From assembly GCA_050298055.1 (NCBI GenBank), contig JBNKTL010000002.1, positions 1 to 64,000 of the forward strand: a stretch of DNA of 64,000 nt, given 5' to 3'. The position numbers and the translations under genes are program-made. How positions within the stretch are numbered: position 1 is the first letter of the stretch; each line of letters opens with the position of its first letter. This DNA is from Spirochaetota bacterium (lineage in GTDB: Bacteria; Spirochaetota; UBA4802; UBA5550). The notes beneath the pieces were generated by a model. The model ran no database searches. It was not told the DNA's origin and saw only the letters and a program-made list of their open reading frames with translations. Positions 28,863-38,900 of this stretch are shown in pieces.

Positions 28863-31178
28863 ATGGAAAAAAAACCATCTGATAAGGCCCCAAAAAAAGA
28901 GAAGAGGAAGCTTAAAGATAAGATAAATAAAAAAAAGGAAGATCTGAAGGTTTTTGTCCATAATGTTTATACCGGTGAACTTACCTATACAAAGTTAGCG
29001 GGGAGAATACTCAACGCCATCAAGGTTTTTATCGTAGCATCCAGAAAGTTTATGAAGGATGACTGCCTCACGAAAGCATCTTCAACCGCCTACACCATAA
29101 TTGTATCCCTGATTCCAACACTTGCGGTTGTTCTGACTTTTATGTCATGGGTCTATGGTGCTGAAGGAAAGAAGGAGGAGCTTTTTAAAGAAATCTCCCG
29201 GTTCATGGTTGAACACAATATGAAGATCAATATTGATCCGATTCTTGTGGCAATTTCTGGATTGGTGGACAATGCCGCGAGGATCGGCGGTGTGGGTGCC
29301 GTGGTGATGATTTTTTCCGCCACGGCAATGCTCAGGTCACTTGAAAAATCCCTTAATGATATTTTCAAGGTCAAGAGGACAAGGACCCTCATCATGAAAA
29401 TCATCTTTTACTGGGCCGCTCTGACTCTTGGGCCTATTTTACTTATTGCGGGGACCACAGTTGCCACCAAGGCAACACAGTTTTTCTCATCACCCGATTT
29501 CAGGTCGGCAGCATTTACAGACGGCAACAGCCTCTGGGTAACAGGGAGCAAGTCCAGCATCCTCTCCTCCGAAAAGGGAGACCTGAAATTCAACAGATTA
29601 ACTGTTGATAAAATTGATTTTGATAACCAGAAAGTCTACGAATATGACAGAAACTCCAAAACATTTATTCTTAAAGATTTCAGAGTAGAACCTATTGAAT
29701 TCAGATCGCTGAAATTCTCTGACATACAGTTTATGGGGTCCCGGGGCTGGATTACGGGAAACAATGGAATTATTCTCATGACCTCAAACAGGGGCGCGAC
29801 ATGGACCCTGAGAAAATTGGACAGCTTCAACTTCAATGACCTTCATATGCTGGACACAGCCAGGGGATTTATCGCCGCAAAAGACGGAAGACTCCTTCAG
29901 ACTGAAGATGGGGGCAAAAACTGGACGGTCCTGGAATGGGAGGATTTTACCTCCAACTTTAACTCCATTGCCTTCTCTAAAAACCGGGGATTTATTACCG
30001 GTGACAGGGGCACTCTCCTCACAACATCAGACGGAGGAAAAAACTGGACACTTACAAAGCTTGACGAATCCAGGAAGAAAGACCAGTACCTGAATATCAA
30101 TTACGCTTATATCATTAATTCCGAACAGGTCTGGCTTAACTGCGACGAGGGCCTCAACCTCTTCAGCAATAACGGGGGAAAGAGCTGGAAAACAAAAAAA
30201 TTCAAGTCATTCGATTACTACACTTCATACTTCTTTGATCACAAAAAGGGCTTTGTGGGAGGGAGCAAAGGAGCAGTCATCTACACTGAAGACGGGGGAG
30301 AAAACTGGAAAAGCTATAACCTTGAAGCGTACAAGATCAACAGGTTTATCTATCACAATAAAAAGCTCTGGGCATTTGGCGACACCGGGTTGATCCAGGT
30401 AACGGCAGACATGGGAAAGACATGGTCCGGGATTGAGGGCAGAAGCATCGCCGCGGTGCTGATAAACTTTTTCGCCCCCTTTGCTTTTATCTGGCTGCTC
30501 TTTACATTCATGTACATGTCTATGCCCAACGTAAAGGTAAAGTTCCGGCACGCTTCACTGGGAGGGGCCTTTACGGGAGCCGTCTGGGTCATCTTTATCC
30601 TCCTCTTTATTTTCTATATTAAATCATTCGCGAAAGGGACTTTCGCCGTGTACGGTTCCCTCGCGTCAATACCGCTGTTTCTCCTGATGATCTATTCATC
30701 AACGGTGATTATTCTTTACGGCGCGGAAATATCCTACACGATAATGCACCCCGAGACCTACAGGAACATCAGAAAGACCTTTAAGGAGCAGAAAGATATT
30801 TATGTCTATTACGGGATCTCTGTTCTTTACCACATATACAGGAAATTCGAATCGGGCAAGGGGGCTTCCTCCGAAAAGGAGATCATCCAGGTATGCGGCA
30901 ATGACAGTTCGGAAGCCGATTTTTTCATGGATTTCTTTACCCGGGAGAAACTGATTATACAGAGCGGGATCGCGAAGTATGTGCCGGCCAACAGTTCAAA
31001 AAACCTGCAGCTGGGAGACCTGATCGACCTGATACACCAGATCAGCCTTAACATACCGGGTACAACCAGAAGCGCAAGCCTGAGAAGCTATGTGAAGGAG
31101 ATATTCGATGAAATCAAGGCAAGCAAGAAAAGTGTCGTAAGGGACATTACCCTCAAGGAGATTATCGACAAAACTTAA
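28863..31178 (+). CDS. YihY/BrkB membrane protein with inserted YCF48-like (BNR/Asp-box) beta-propeller
   Basis: YihY N-half (AS..AY..IVSLIP, LEKSLNDIF, YWAALTLGP) and C-half (MPNVKV, VYGSLASIP..L..IY....L.GAEI) flank repeated T.DGG.NW motifs. Confidence 0.85.
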   Translation: MEKKPSDKAPKKEKRKLKDKINKKKEDLKVFVHNVYTGELTYTKLAGRILNAIKVFIVASRKFMKDDCLTKASSTAYTIIVSLIPTLAVVLTFMSWVYGAEGKKEELFKEISRFMVEHNMKINIDPILVAISGLVDNAARIGGVGAVVMIFSATAMLRSLEKSLNDIFKVKRTRTLIMKIIFYWAALTLGPILLIAGTTVATKATQFFSSPDFRSAAFTDGNSLWVTGSKSSILSSEKGDLKFNRLTVDKIDFDNQKVYEYDRNSKTFILKDFRVEPIEFRSLKFSDIQFMGSRGWITGNNGIILMTSNRGATWTLRKLDSFNFNDLHMLDTARGFIAAKDGRLLQTEDGGKNWTVLEWEDFTSNFNSIAFSKNRGFITGDRGTLLTTSDGGKNWTLTKLDESRKKDQYLNINYAYIINSEQVWLNCDEGLNLFSNNGGKSWKTKKFKSFDYYTSYFFDHKKGFVGGSKGAVIYTEDGGENWKSYNLEAYKINRFIYHNKKLWAFGDTGLIQVTADMGKTWSGIEGRSIAAVLINFFAPFAFIWLLFTFMYMSMPNVKVKFRHASLGGAFTGAVWVIFILLFIFYIKSFAKGTFAVYGSLASIPLFLLMIYSSTVIILYGAEISYTIMHPETYRNIRKTFKEQKDIYVYYGISVLYHIYRKFESGKGASSEKEIIQVCGNDSSEADFFMDFFTREKLIIQSGIAKYVPANSSKNLQLGDLIDLIHQISLNIPGTTRSASLRSYVKEIFDEIKASKKSVVRDITLKEIIDKT

Positions 31179-31194
31179 GATTAATGATCAATAT

Positions 31195-31306
31195 ACCTCG
31201 TATAAAAATAATCATTTTCATAAACAATAATAACCGATATTTCTCCGCCGCCTTTGGCGGCGGAGAAATACTGATAATCTTTTTCAACAAAAAGATGAGT
31301 CGTAAA
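31195..31306. mobile_element. IS66-like MITE copy
   Basis: Perfect 15-bp stem TATTTCTCCGCCGCC-TTT-GGCGGCGGAGAAATA; right end GATGAGTCGTAA. Confidence 0.7.
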
Positions 31307-31307
31307 A

Positions 31308-32219
31308 TCAATACGCATAGAAACCGAAGATAAAGGGGATAAGTATGGCTTCCCCCTTGATGTCATCGGGAACCCTGCCAAAGTTTTTTGACAGCCTGAT
31401 GGCGTCAGTACATGACCTGTTGAGCTGCCTGTTCCCCAGTGAGTCAACGATCTTTACATCAAGCACATCTCCGTTCCTGTTCATGACAAAGTAGAGCTTT
31501 ACCCGCTGACTGGGGATAGTCATATATCTCTCCCAGCCCCTGGCGGTACTGTAGTTTCCGGTAACGGGATTATATCCCCCGAAGGCCATATTCGCAATTC
31601 CCGGGAGGTTCCAGTTGGAGGCTATCTTGTCCTTCATTGCCTTAAAATATTTAAAATTTTTGAACTTCGCGGTATTGTAGGAGAACATTCCGTGGTTTGA
31701 ATAGAAAATCGCGTTCTTCATTGTGATGTCATTCTTGTCCGGTATGGTTATCCTCTCCCAGTTTCCCGCGCCTGCGTTGCTCCGGGGCAGGTATTTTTTT
31801 ATAAAAAGCGCTATCTCGGATTTATCATTAAGGATAACTTTCCTGTCAACCTTCACGGGTCTGCTTCGCGCACCGGCCCTCCCCGACCCTCCGGTACCTT
31901 TTCCCCTACGGAACTCAAGAGAATTGTTAAGCCACCTGTTCCCCCTCTCCCGGGTGACATACCCTTTTGCGGTAGAGTCCCTGTCAGAGAGGAGGGTCTT
32001 CCTGTCAATATTCCTGATATTGTCCTGGTTGATGTTGACGATAATGTCCCTTCCTGCCGACACGCTCTTCCCGAATTTCTTTTTGAGTTCAAATATGGAG
32101 TTGTAATCGGGAAGGATGGCGCCGGTAAAGAGAACCGCATGAATAAAGAGGGATATAAACAGAATAAGTGAAAACCTCTGTTCATAATTATAGCTGTTTC
32201 TGCTTCTCGTGCCATTCAT
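31308..32219 (-). CDS. TonB C-terminal-domain protein
   Basis: N-terminal TM with S...H motif; C-terminal YF..MK.KI..NW...F.M.RNG.V.DV.IV.S.GN..L...C..AI. Confidence 0.75.
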   Translation of the reverse strand: MNGTRSRNSYNYEQRFSLILFISLFIHAVLFTGAILPDYNSIFELKKKFGKSVSAGRDIIVNINQDNIRNIDRKTLLSDRDSTAKGYVTRERGNRWLNNSLEFRRGKGTGGSGRAGARSRPVKVDRKVILNDKSEIALFIKKYLPRSNAGAGNWERITIPDKNDITMKNAIFYSNHGMFSYNTAKFKNFKYFKAMKDKIASNWNLPGIANMAFGGYNPVTGNYSTARGWERYMTIPSQRVKLYFVMNRNGDVLDVKIVDSLGNRQLNRSCTDAIRLSKNFGRVPDDIKGEAILIPFIFGFYAY

Positions 32220-32241
32220 AGTGAAAAAACCGGGGAAAAAT

Positions 32242-32270
32242 CAGGGGGAAACATCTCCGGTTTCCCCCTG
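32242..32270 (-). terminator. Hairpin after the EF-G paralogue
   Basis: CAGGGGGAAAC...GTTTCCCCCTG followed by TTTT on the minus strand. Confidence 0.55.
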
Positions 32271-32319
32271 TATATGATGAAAGTGATTATTTTTAGTTAC
32301 AGATAATAATAAAGCGGCT

Positions 32320-34428
32320 TTATTTGGATTCCTCTTCCAGCTGTTTTTTTCTCATCTGGAGGACCTTTTCAGCTTCCTTACCGGTTATGGGGTCATAGTG
32401 GGAGAATTCCATTTCAAAGGAAGCCTTGCCGCTGGTCATGGCCCTGAGGTCTATGGTATATCTCAAAAGTTCCGCCAGGGGGACAGTTGCCTTTACGGCG
32501 GATATATTGCCGCCGGAATCCGACGCGTCATCCATTCCCAGGACCTTTCCCCTTCTCGATGTAACGTCACTGAGGATATCGCCCATATATTCCTTGTCAA
32601 CAAAAACCTTGAGGTTCATGACCGGCTCAAGAAGAATCGGTGTTGCCGCCTCCATGCCCTTTTTAAAACACTGCCGGGCGGCGATCTTGAACGACATCTC
32701 GGAAGAATCAACATCGTGATATGAGCCGTCATAGAGTTCTACGGATACATCGATGACCGGGTACTTGCCCAGGACACCTTCACCCATGGCTTCCTGTATC
32801 CCCTTTTCCACACCGGGAATATATCCCTTGGGAACAACCCCTCCCACAATGCTGTTGATAAAGGTGTATCCTTCACCCCGGGTGAGGGGTTTCATCCTGA
32901 AATAGACCTCCCCGTACTGCCCGTGACCGCCCGACTGTTTCTTATGCTTGTACTGCGCCTCGGCGGATTTTGTTATGGTCTCCCTGTACGCGACCCTGGG
33001 CTCCCTTGTAAGAACTTCCAGTTTGTTTCTTTCCAGCATGGACTTGATGATAATATCCAGCTGCATTTCTCCCATCCCGGAGAGAACAGACTCGCTTGTC
33101 TCAGAGTTATATTTATAGGTAATTGTGGGATTTTCATCGGTGATCCTGTTGAAGTACTGCCCTATCTTGTCAACATCGGGTTTATTTTTGGCTTCAACCG
33201 CATAGGAGAACACGGGCTGGGGCAGTTTTATATGGTCGATAACAACCGGGTTCTTCGGATCTGTCAGTGTATTAAGGGTGGTGGTCTTATCAAGCTTCAC
33301 AACAACACCGATGTCCCCGGTATTAATTTTGGGAAGGTCCACTGCTTTGCTCCCCACCATGGCGTGGAGCTTGCTCAGCCTCTCCTTCTCATTTTTGCCG
33401 CTGTTGAGCACTTCACTGTCGGGAAGCACCTCTCCCGATACCACCTTGATGTAGTTGAACCTCCCCGCGTACTGGTCAATATATGTCTTCCATACCATAG
33501 AGGCCATGGGGCCCCCTGTACTGCTTTTAATGCCTGTCTGTGCCCCGTCCTTTCCGCTCTCCCGGGCGCTGTACTCTTTCTCCATGACAGGGGCGGGGGC
33601 ATAGTTCTTTATGGTGTTGAGAAGGTTTTTGATCCCGATGACCTTTTCGGAAGACCCGCAGATAACCGGAAAGAGTTTCGCGTTGGCCACCTGTGCCTTC
33701 AGGCCCTCCTTGATCTCTTCATCGGTAAGGTTTTCCTCTTCAAGGAATTTCTCTATAAGCTCATCCTTCCCTTCCGCGGCCAGTTCCATGAGGTTCAGCC
33801 TTTCCATTTCCGCAAGTTCCTTCATCTCCGCGGGAATATCAGACAGGTTAACCCCTTTTCCGCCGTCTTTGGGAGTCATGAGTTTCATATCGATTATATC
33901 AACGATTCCGCTGAAGGATTCGCCTTCACCATTCGGCAGGCAGACCGATACAAAATTTCCGCTGAAACTGCTTTTAATGTTGCTTATCACGGAATCGAAG
34001 TTTGCCCTCTCCTTGTCCATTTTGTTGACAAAAATTATTCTGGGGATATTGTTCTCTTCCAGGAACCTCCAGGCGCTCTCGGTCTGTATCTGCACCCCGT
34101 CCACGGAATCTATGACAACAATGGCCGCTTCCGCAACCTGCATGGCCGCTCTCGCTTCGCCGATAAAACCGACCTTTCCGGGAGTATCCAGTATATTTAT
34201 CTTAACGCCGTCATGCTCAACGAAGCCCATTGCGCTTCTGATGGACATCTGCTTGTCTTTTTCGTCCTGGTCAAAGTCCGATGTGAGATTGCCTCCCTCT
34301 CTGCTGCCCATTTTATCAACCTGGCCGCCCGCAAAAAGCAGGGCCTCGAAAAGTGTGGATTTACCGGTGTCCCCGTGCCCCACAATGGCAACATTTCTGA
34401 TCTGGTCGGTTTTATATTCCTTCAACAT
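32320..34428 (-). CDS. fusA: Elongation factor G paralogue (EF-G2 type)
   Basis: GHGDTGKS, DTPG, NKMD, GMGEMQL, KKQSGGHGQYG, DGSYHDVDSSEMSFKIA; SD GGAGG before ATG 34428. Confidence 0.9.
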   Translation of the reverse strand: MLKEYKTDQIRNVAIVGHGDTGKSTLFEALLFAGGQVDKMGSREGGNLTSDFDQDEKDKQMSIRSAMGFVEHDGVKINILDTPGKVGFIGEARAAMQVAEAAIVVIDSVDGVQIQTESAWRFLEENNIPRIIFVNKMDKERANFDSVISNIKSSFSGNFVSVCLPNGEGESFSGIVDIIDMKLMTPKDGGKGVNLSDIPAEMKELAEMERLNLMELAAEGKDELIEKFLEEENLTDEEIKEGLKAQVANAKLFPVICGSSEKVIGIKNLLNTIKNYAPAPVMEKEYSARESGKDGAQTGIKSSTGGPMASMVWKTYIDQYAGRFNYIKVVSGEVLPDSEVLNSGKNEKERLSKLHAMVGSKAVDLPKINTGDIGVVVKLDKTTTLNTLTDPKNPVVIDHIKLPQPVFSYAVEAKNKPDVDKIGQYFNRITDENPTITYKYNSETSESVLSGMGEMQLDIIIKSMLERNKLEVLTREPRVAYRETITKSAEAQYKHKKQSGGHGQYGEVYFRMKPLTRGEGYTFINSIVGGVVPKGYIPGVEKGIQEAMGEGVLGKYPVIDVSVELYDGSYHDVDSSEMSFKIAARQCFKKGMEAATPILLEPVMNLKVFVDKEYMGDILSDVTSRRGKVLGMDDASDSGGNISAVKATVPLAELLRYTIDLRAMTSGKASFEMEFSHYDPITGKEAEKVLQMRKKQLEEESK

Positions 34429-34617
34429 TAACAAATACCTCCAATAATATGCCCGCACGAATAATTTAGTGAATCTATAAATAATGTGTGGATTTTGTAA
34501 AGAACTTTTATCGGGGAGCCCCCGGCTCAGGCAAACTTTTCCCTGTTAAAATACTCCAACGAGCCACCCCCTGAGGGGGGGGGTATCAAACAAGATAATT
34601 ATATTGAACTTATTAAG

Positions 34618-34976
34618 CCCCCTAAATCCCCCGGAGGGGGACTTTGAAACTTTTTTTATAATAATATACTTTATATTTCATCAATCACTGTTCTATTGCT
34701 ATACATTACTATTTTACATAGTGAAATGAAGTATTGTAATCTTTCTATTTTTCAAAAAGTCATCCTATGATTATTATAATCAGTTCTTTCTTTATGAGAC
34801 TTTCTATTTTACTTACAGGATTGGTTAATAACATATTGTTAAATTATCAATTGCAATCTTAAGTCCCCCTTTGGGGGATTTAGGGGGACTTTGTGGGTAG
34901 AAGTCCCCCTTTGGGGGTTTAGGGAGACTTTGTAAGTACACTTTAACCCTCCGGGAGAAGGGCCGGGGATGAGGGC
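34618..34976. repeat. Cluster of CCCCCTAAATCCCCC / AAGTCCCCCT palindromic repeats enclosing an AT-rich decayed insert
   Basis: Left arm 34618-34644, inverted arms 34861-34887 and 34901-34930, plus GGGAGAAGGGCCGGGGATGAGGG. Confidence 0.8.
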
Positions 34977-34979
34977 CTC

Positions 34980-35564
34980 TTAATAAATCTCCACCTGGAC
35001 AAACCCGCTGATCTCGTCGATATCTGTATGACTATTATAATTTCCCTCAGTATCATAAGCTAGAGGAGTACCCGAACTATAGGGTGGATTGTACCCGTTA
35101 TCGGTGGTCCTGTCCTCCAGGTCTTCATCCCATTCAATAATCCCCACCCGGTAGAAATAGGTCCCGGGACCGTTGGGAAATGAATTGCTGACGATACCGG
35201 AAACATCATGAACATAGGAACCCGGGGAATTAAAATTAAGTCCTTCATTACTTCCACCAGTAAGTCCACCCAACTCATCTCTCCACCGTGATTCTATGAG
35301 AACATACCCTGCGTATTCGTTGTCCTGCTCTTCTGTAATATAGATCTCGTATCCCGCGAAATTACCGCCCCCGGTCTCATCCCAGGTCACTGTGACCTCC
35401 TGTGCAGCGCTGTTGTAGCTGGCATTGATTGAAAATGACGAGCGGTTGGTTATTGCACCCTCAACGGCATCGGAGACATAGGAACAGCCGCTCCCTGCGA
35501 AAAGGACTACCACACTGAAAAGAAATGCGGATAATATATTTAAATTTTTCTTATGATTTTTCAT
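34980..35564 (-). CDS. Lipoprotein (FnIII-like hypothetical)
   Basis: SD GGAGG, lipobox GSGC, VTVTW...FAGYEIY...TYFYRVG. Confidence 0.7.
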   Translation of the reverse strand: MKNHKKNLNILSAFLFSVVVLFAGSGCSYVSDAVEGAITNRSSFSINASYNSAAQEVTVTWDETGGGNFAGYEIYITEEQDNEYAGYVLIESRWRDELGGLTGGSNEGLNFNSPGSYVHDVSGIVSNSFPNGPGTYFYRVGIIEWDEDLEDRTTDNGYNPPYSSGTPLAYDTEGNYNSHTDIDEISGFVQVEIY

Positions 35565-35580
35565 TTTAATACCTCCCTCA

Positions 35581-36936
35581 TTAGAACCGCGCGAAGAGAC
35601 TGGCTTCAACCATGAACTTGTCCGCCGTTTCAACAAGTTTTCGAAGCTCCTGCGAGTAGTTGTACGAGCATTTGAATTCGGCGCCGATAAAGGTCGTGTT
35701 CCAGCCCAGGGAGAAGAAACCGCCAATGAGGCTGTAACCGCTCCCCGATTCCCTGTGGACGGGGATGGCAACATCCCAGTACCTGCTGATACCCACTGTG
35801 GCCAGAAGCCTCTCAGTTGATGACGCCTTGAGGAAGTTATATCCCGCGGTGAGATGCGCCTCTCTCAGGTAATTATATGTCACCTCATCTCCCTGGGGAT
35901 CAGTGGAAGTCTGGGTCCTCTTATCAATGAGGGTCTCCGACGGTTTCTGAAACTCAAGAAAAGCGTTCAGGAATATCTTGTTGCCGAGGTTTTCCTCCAG
36001 GAGGACCGAGAGTGTGTGAAGGTCCGCCTCATCCTTCTGGCTGTCGGGGATGTCCCCCTCCTTGTCTTCTCCCGTGATGACCCATACCGGGTCGTACTGT
36101 TCGTCCTTATAGAGGGCGAGCTTTTTGTATGTTACGGTGATCCGCGGCATGATCCTGGGAGGGGTCATAAAGAACTTCAGGCTGTTGTTGATGATCAGCC
36201 CGATGGCCAGGGCCTCAAGTTCTCCGCTGGTTGTGGTGGCGTTGAGATTCAGGAACGAGAGGAGGTTTGACGCGATAAAGTATCGTGTTGTCCTGCCGGA
36301 TGAGTCGGAATAGTCCATTGTGCCGTCATCATCCGGCTCTATCTGGTTATTGATAAGCACACCGCAGTGTATATAGAAATAGGGCCTGTAGAGGAGGGAG
36401 AGGGCGAAGATATCGTCAAAGAACTGTGTGTACTTGTAATCAGTCACCGTCTCGGAACCGGCCCCTCCCCTGTCAATGGTTGATTCGCTGGTGAGCCCGT
36501 AGTGGAAACCGGTTGCCGTAAAACCCAGGATGAGGTTCTTCGGTTTCCAGAGGCCCCCCTCTTCCTCCTTTTTCTCCTTCCCTGCCACCCTCTCCGCGAG
36601 GTTGCTTCCTTCATATTTCCCGAGGACAGGGTAGTTTACGGTAATACTGCCGTAGGTCCTGATCAGGCGCATATCCACGGCTTCCTTTTCACCTGTCCCC
36701 TTGTTGATGGTATTAATCTTAAATCCATGAACCCAGTTGAGCTTACCGTAAAAATCAAAGTAAAGCTCCTGCTCCTGTATCAGGTCCCACCTTTTAAAAA
36801 AGAGGTCCTGAACGGTCTCACTTCTTGATACGGCATTGTGAAGAGTTGACGCTTCATAAACCGCCGCAGAGAGAGAACTGTTCCCCGCTGCCAGGAAAGA
36901 GAGAAACAGAAAACATATAATCACATATTTTTTCAT
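35581..36936 (-). CDS. Probable outer-membrane beta-barrel protein
   Basis: Signal peptide, alternating beta strands, C-terminal ...VEASLFARF. Confidence 0.65.
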   Translation of the reverse strand: MKKYVIICFLFLSFLAAGNSSLSAAVYEASTLHNAVSRSETVQDLFFKRWDLIQEQELYFDFYGKLNWVHGFKINTINKGTGEKEAVDMRLIRTYGSITVNYPVLGKYEGSNLAERVAGKEKKEEEGGLWKPKNLILGFTATGFHYGLTSESTIDRGGAGSETVTDYKYTQFFDDIFALSLLYRPYFYIHCGVLINNQIEPDDDGTMDYSDSSGRTTRYFIASNLLSFLNLNATTTSGELEALAIGLIINNSLKFFMTPPRIMPRITVTYKKLALYKDEQYDPVWVITGEDKEGDIPDSQKDEADLHTLSVLLEENLGNKIFLNAFLEFQKPSETLIDKRTQTSTDPQGDEVTYNYLREAHLTAGYNFLKASSTERLLATVGISRYWDVAIPVHRESGSGYSLIGGFFSLGWNTTFIGAEFKCSYNYSQELRKLVETADKFMVEASLFARF

Positions 36937-36986
36937 TTACATCCTCCGAAAATCTACATATACATAATTCAATACTCTCTGACATC

Positions 36987-37093
36987 GTAACTACTCAGCT
37001 ATACATAAGAATAATCATTTTATAAAAAAAGATAGCTGATACGTCCCCGCCGCCTACGGCGGCGGGGACGTATTGTTAATATTTTGTAGTTAC
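36987..37093. mobile_element. IS66-like MITE copy with perfect 8-bp target duplication
   Basis: CTGACATC|GTAACTACTCAGCT...GTAGTTAC|CTGACATC; 16-bp perfect stem 37039-37073. Confidence 0.88.
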
Positions 37094-37217
37094 CTGACAT
37101 CCATGTTAATAAATATTAGATCCCGCAAAAACCTTCGATTTCTGCTTTTATCCCCGGGATTTTAATACGAATTGAGGAATAAGTCAAGAATAAGCCAGGA
37201 GGATACCGGTAAAAACT

Positions 37218-38369
37218 TCAGCAGTGCCCCCTCTCTTTGAGATAGCTTTCCACCCTGTTCAGGCCTTCATCAATATTCTCCAGGGAATTGGCATAGGAGA
37301 AGCGGATAAATCCTTCACCCCCCGGACCGAAGTCAACACCGGGAGTAACTCCCACTTTTACGGTTTCAAGAATGTTAAACGCTTCCTTATAGGAATCTGT
37401 GCAGAATTCCCTGGCATCGGCGAAAACGTAGAATGCCCCAGTGGGTTCCACAATGATTTTGAACCCGATCTCCCGGAGGCGCTTCATCATGAAAAGCCTT
37501 CTTTCATTATATATGTCCCGCATCCTCTCAACATCTTCCCGGGATTCCTTCAGGGCCGCGATCCCGGCAATCTGGACAAAGCTGTTGGCGGAAATCATGA
37601 AATTCTGGTGCAGCCGCTGCATGGTTACGGAGAACTCCCCGGGGAAAATAAGGTAACCGAGCCTCCATCCTGTCATGGCGTAAAGTTTTGAGAATCCATT
37701 TATCACAAAGGCCTTATCGGTAAATTCCAGTATGGACCTCCCCCTCCCCTCATAAACAAGGCCGTGATAGATCTCATCTGAAAGGATATACTGACCGTCA
37801 AACAGGGCGATCTCCTCCATGTTTTTTTCAGTCATCACAATTCCCGTGGGATTAGAAGGGGAGTTTATCAGGATACCCCGGGTCCTCCCGGTCAGGGCCT
37901 TCTTTATCTCCCCGGGTCTGTACTGGAAACCGTCCTCCGGGTATGTCTGTACATAGGAGGCCCTTCCGCTTACGGATTCAATGAAGTTGGGGTAACACGC
38001 GTAATGTGGATTTGAGAGTATGATATCATCACCCGGCTCGAGAATTGACATCATCATCAGGAGCATTGCCGGGGAAGTCCCCGATGTAACAAGGACCCGG
38101 TCGGGAGTGATACTTACACCATACTGTTCATAATAATGTTCGCAGACAGCTTCACGCAGTTCAAGCATTCCCATGGCATGAGTATAATGCGTCTTTCCCG
38201 ATCTTATTGCCTCAATGGCGGCATTCCGGATAACTTCCGGAGTGTCAAAATCGGGCTCACCCACCTCCAGGTGAATGACATCCTCCCCGGACTTCTCGAG
38301 CTCTTCCGCCCGGGCCATAACATCCATCACCATAAACGGTTTAACTTCACTGGCTCTTTTTGATATCAT
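37218..38369 (-). CDS. PLP-dependent aminotransferase class I/II
   Basis: LEVGEPDF, NSPSNPTG, SDEIY, NGFSKLYAMTGWRLG; ATG 38369 preferred. Confidence 0.92.
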   Translation of the reverse strand: MISKRASEVKPFMVMDVMARAEELEKSGEDVIHLEVGEPDFDTPEVIRNAAIEAIRSGKTHYTHAMGMLELREAVCEHYYEQYGVSITPDRVLVTSGTSPAMLLMMMSILEPGDDIILSNPHYACYPNFIESVSGRASYVQTYPEDGFQYRPGEIKKALTGRTRGILINSPSNPTGIVMTEKNMEEIALFDGQYILSDEIYHGLVYEGRGRSILEFTDKAFVINGFSKLYAMTGWRLGYLIFPGEFSVTMQRLHQNFMISANSFVQIAGIAALKESREDVERMRDIYNERRLFMMKRLREIGFKIIVEPTGAFYVFADAREFCTDSYKEAFNILETVKVGVTPGVDFGPGGEGFIRFSYANSLENIDEGLNRVESYLKERGHC

Positions 38370-38447
38370 CGATACCGCCTGTTTTTCTGTATAAGATAAT
38401 ACAGGAAAATATTGGGCGGGATATTTTTCAAGAAGAAAGTGAATTCG

Positions 38448-38741
38448 TATTGTTTCATCCAAAGTAAGGAATGCCCTCACCCGGCCAGAGACACTTTTTT
38501 CAAAAGCGTCCCCGGCCACCCTCCCATCTTTTTTTTAAATTATGGATGGGAGAGGGTTTCTGAGAAATGAAAAAAATCATAAAAAACACAGTTTTTCTCT
38601 TATTCCCCCTTCTCCCTTCCTTTTTTAATCTCCGGGAGAAGGGGGTTAGGGGGATGAGGGAACTCCCACAAAAAGTGTGGGTAAAAGTCAGGACCTTAGG
38701 GAAGTGGTCCTCAGGATTTTGTCCTTAACTTAATGACATTG
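38448..38741. repeat. Palindrome-rich non-coding element (CCCTCACC / CCCCCTTCTCCC...GGGAGAAGGGGGTTAGGGGGATGAGGG)
   Basis: Two GC-rich hairpins; ends in TCCTTAACTTAATGACATTG with a degenerate inverse near 38448-38470. Confidence 0.55.
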
Positions 38742-38900
38742 GGATTCCCCACCGGGGATTTATGGAGTAATTAATGAATATGGTTATTCCTAATATCTAT
38801 CCGAGAAGAAACACAAAAAGACTTTACAAAAGATCCTTATATGTTATTCTCCTGTAAAATGTGAGTGATTCCTGGATTTACTTTTGATGGAGGGACGAAT

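Noticed and set aside
32923..34447. Long plus-strand ORFs (502 aa and 278 aa)
   Set aside because: They are antisense shadows of the EF-G paralogue with no motifs. The same applies to the many short antisense or overlapping ORFs in the track, e.g. 58595-59455.
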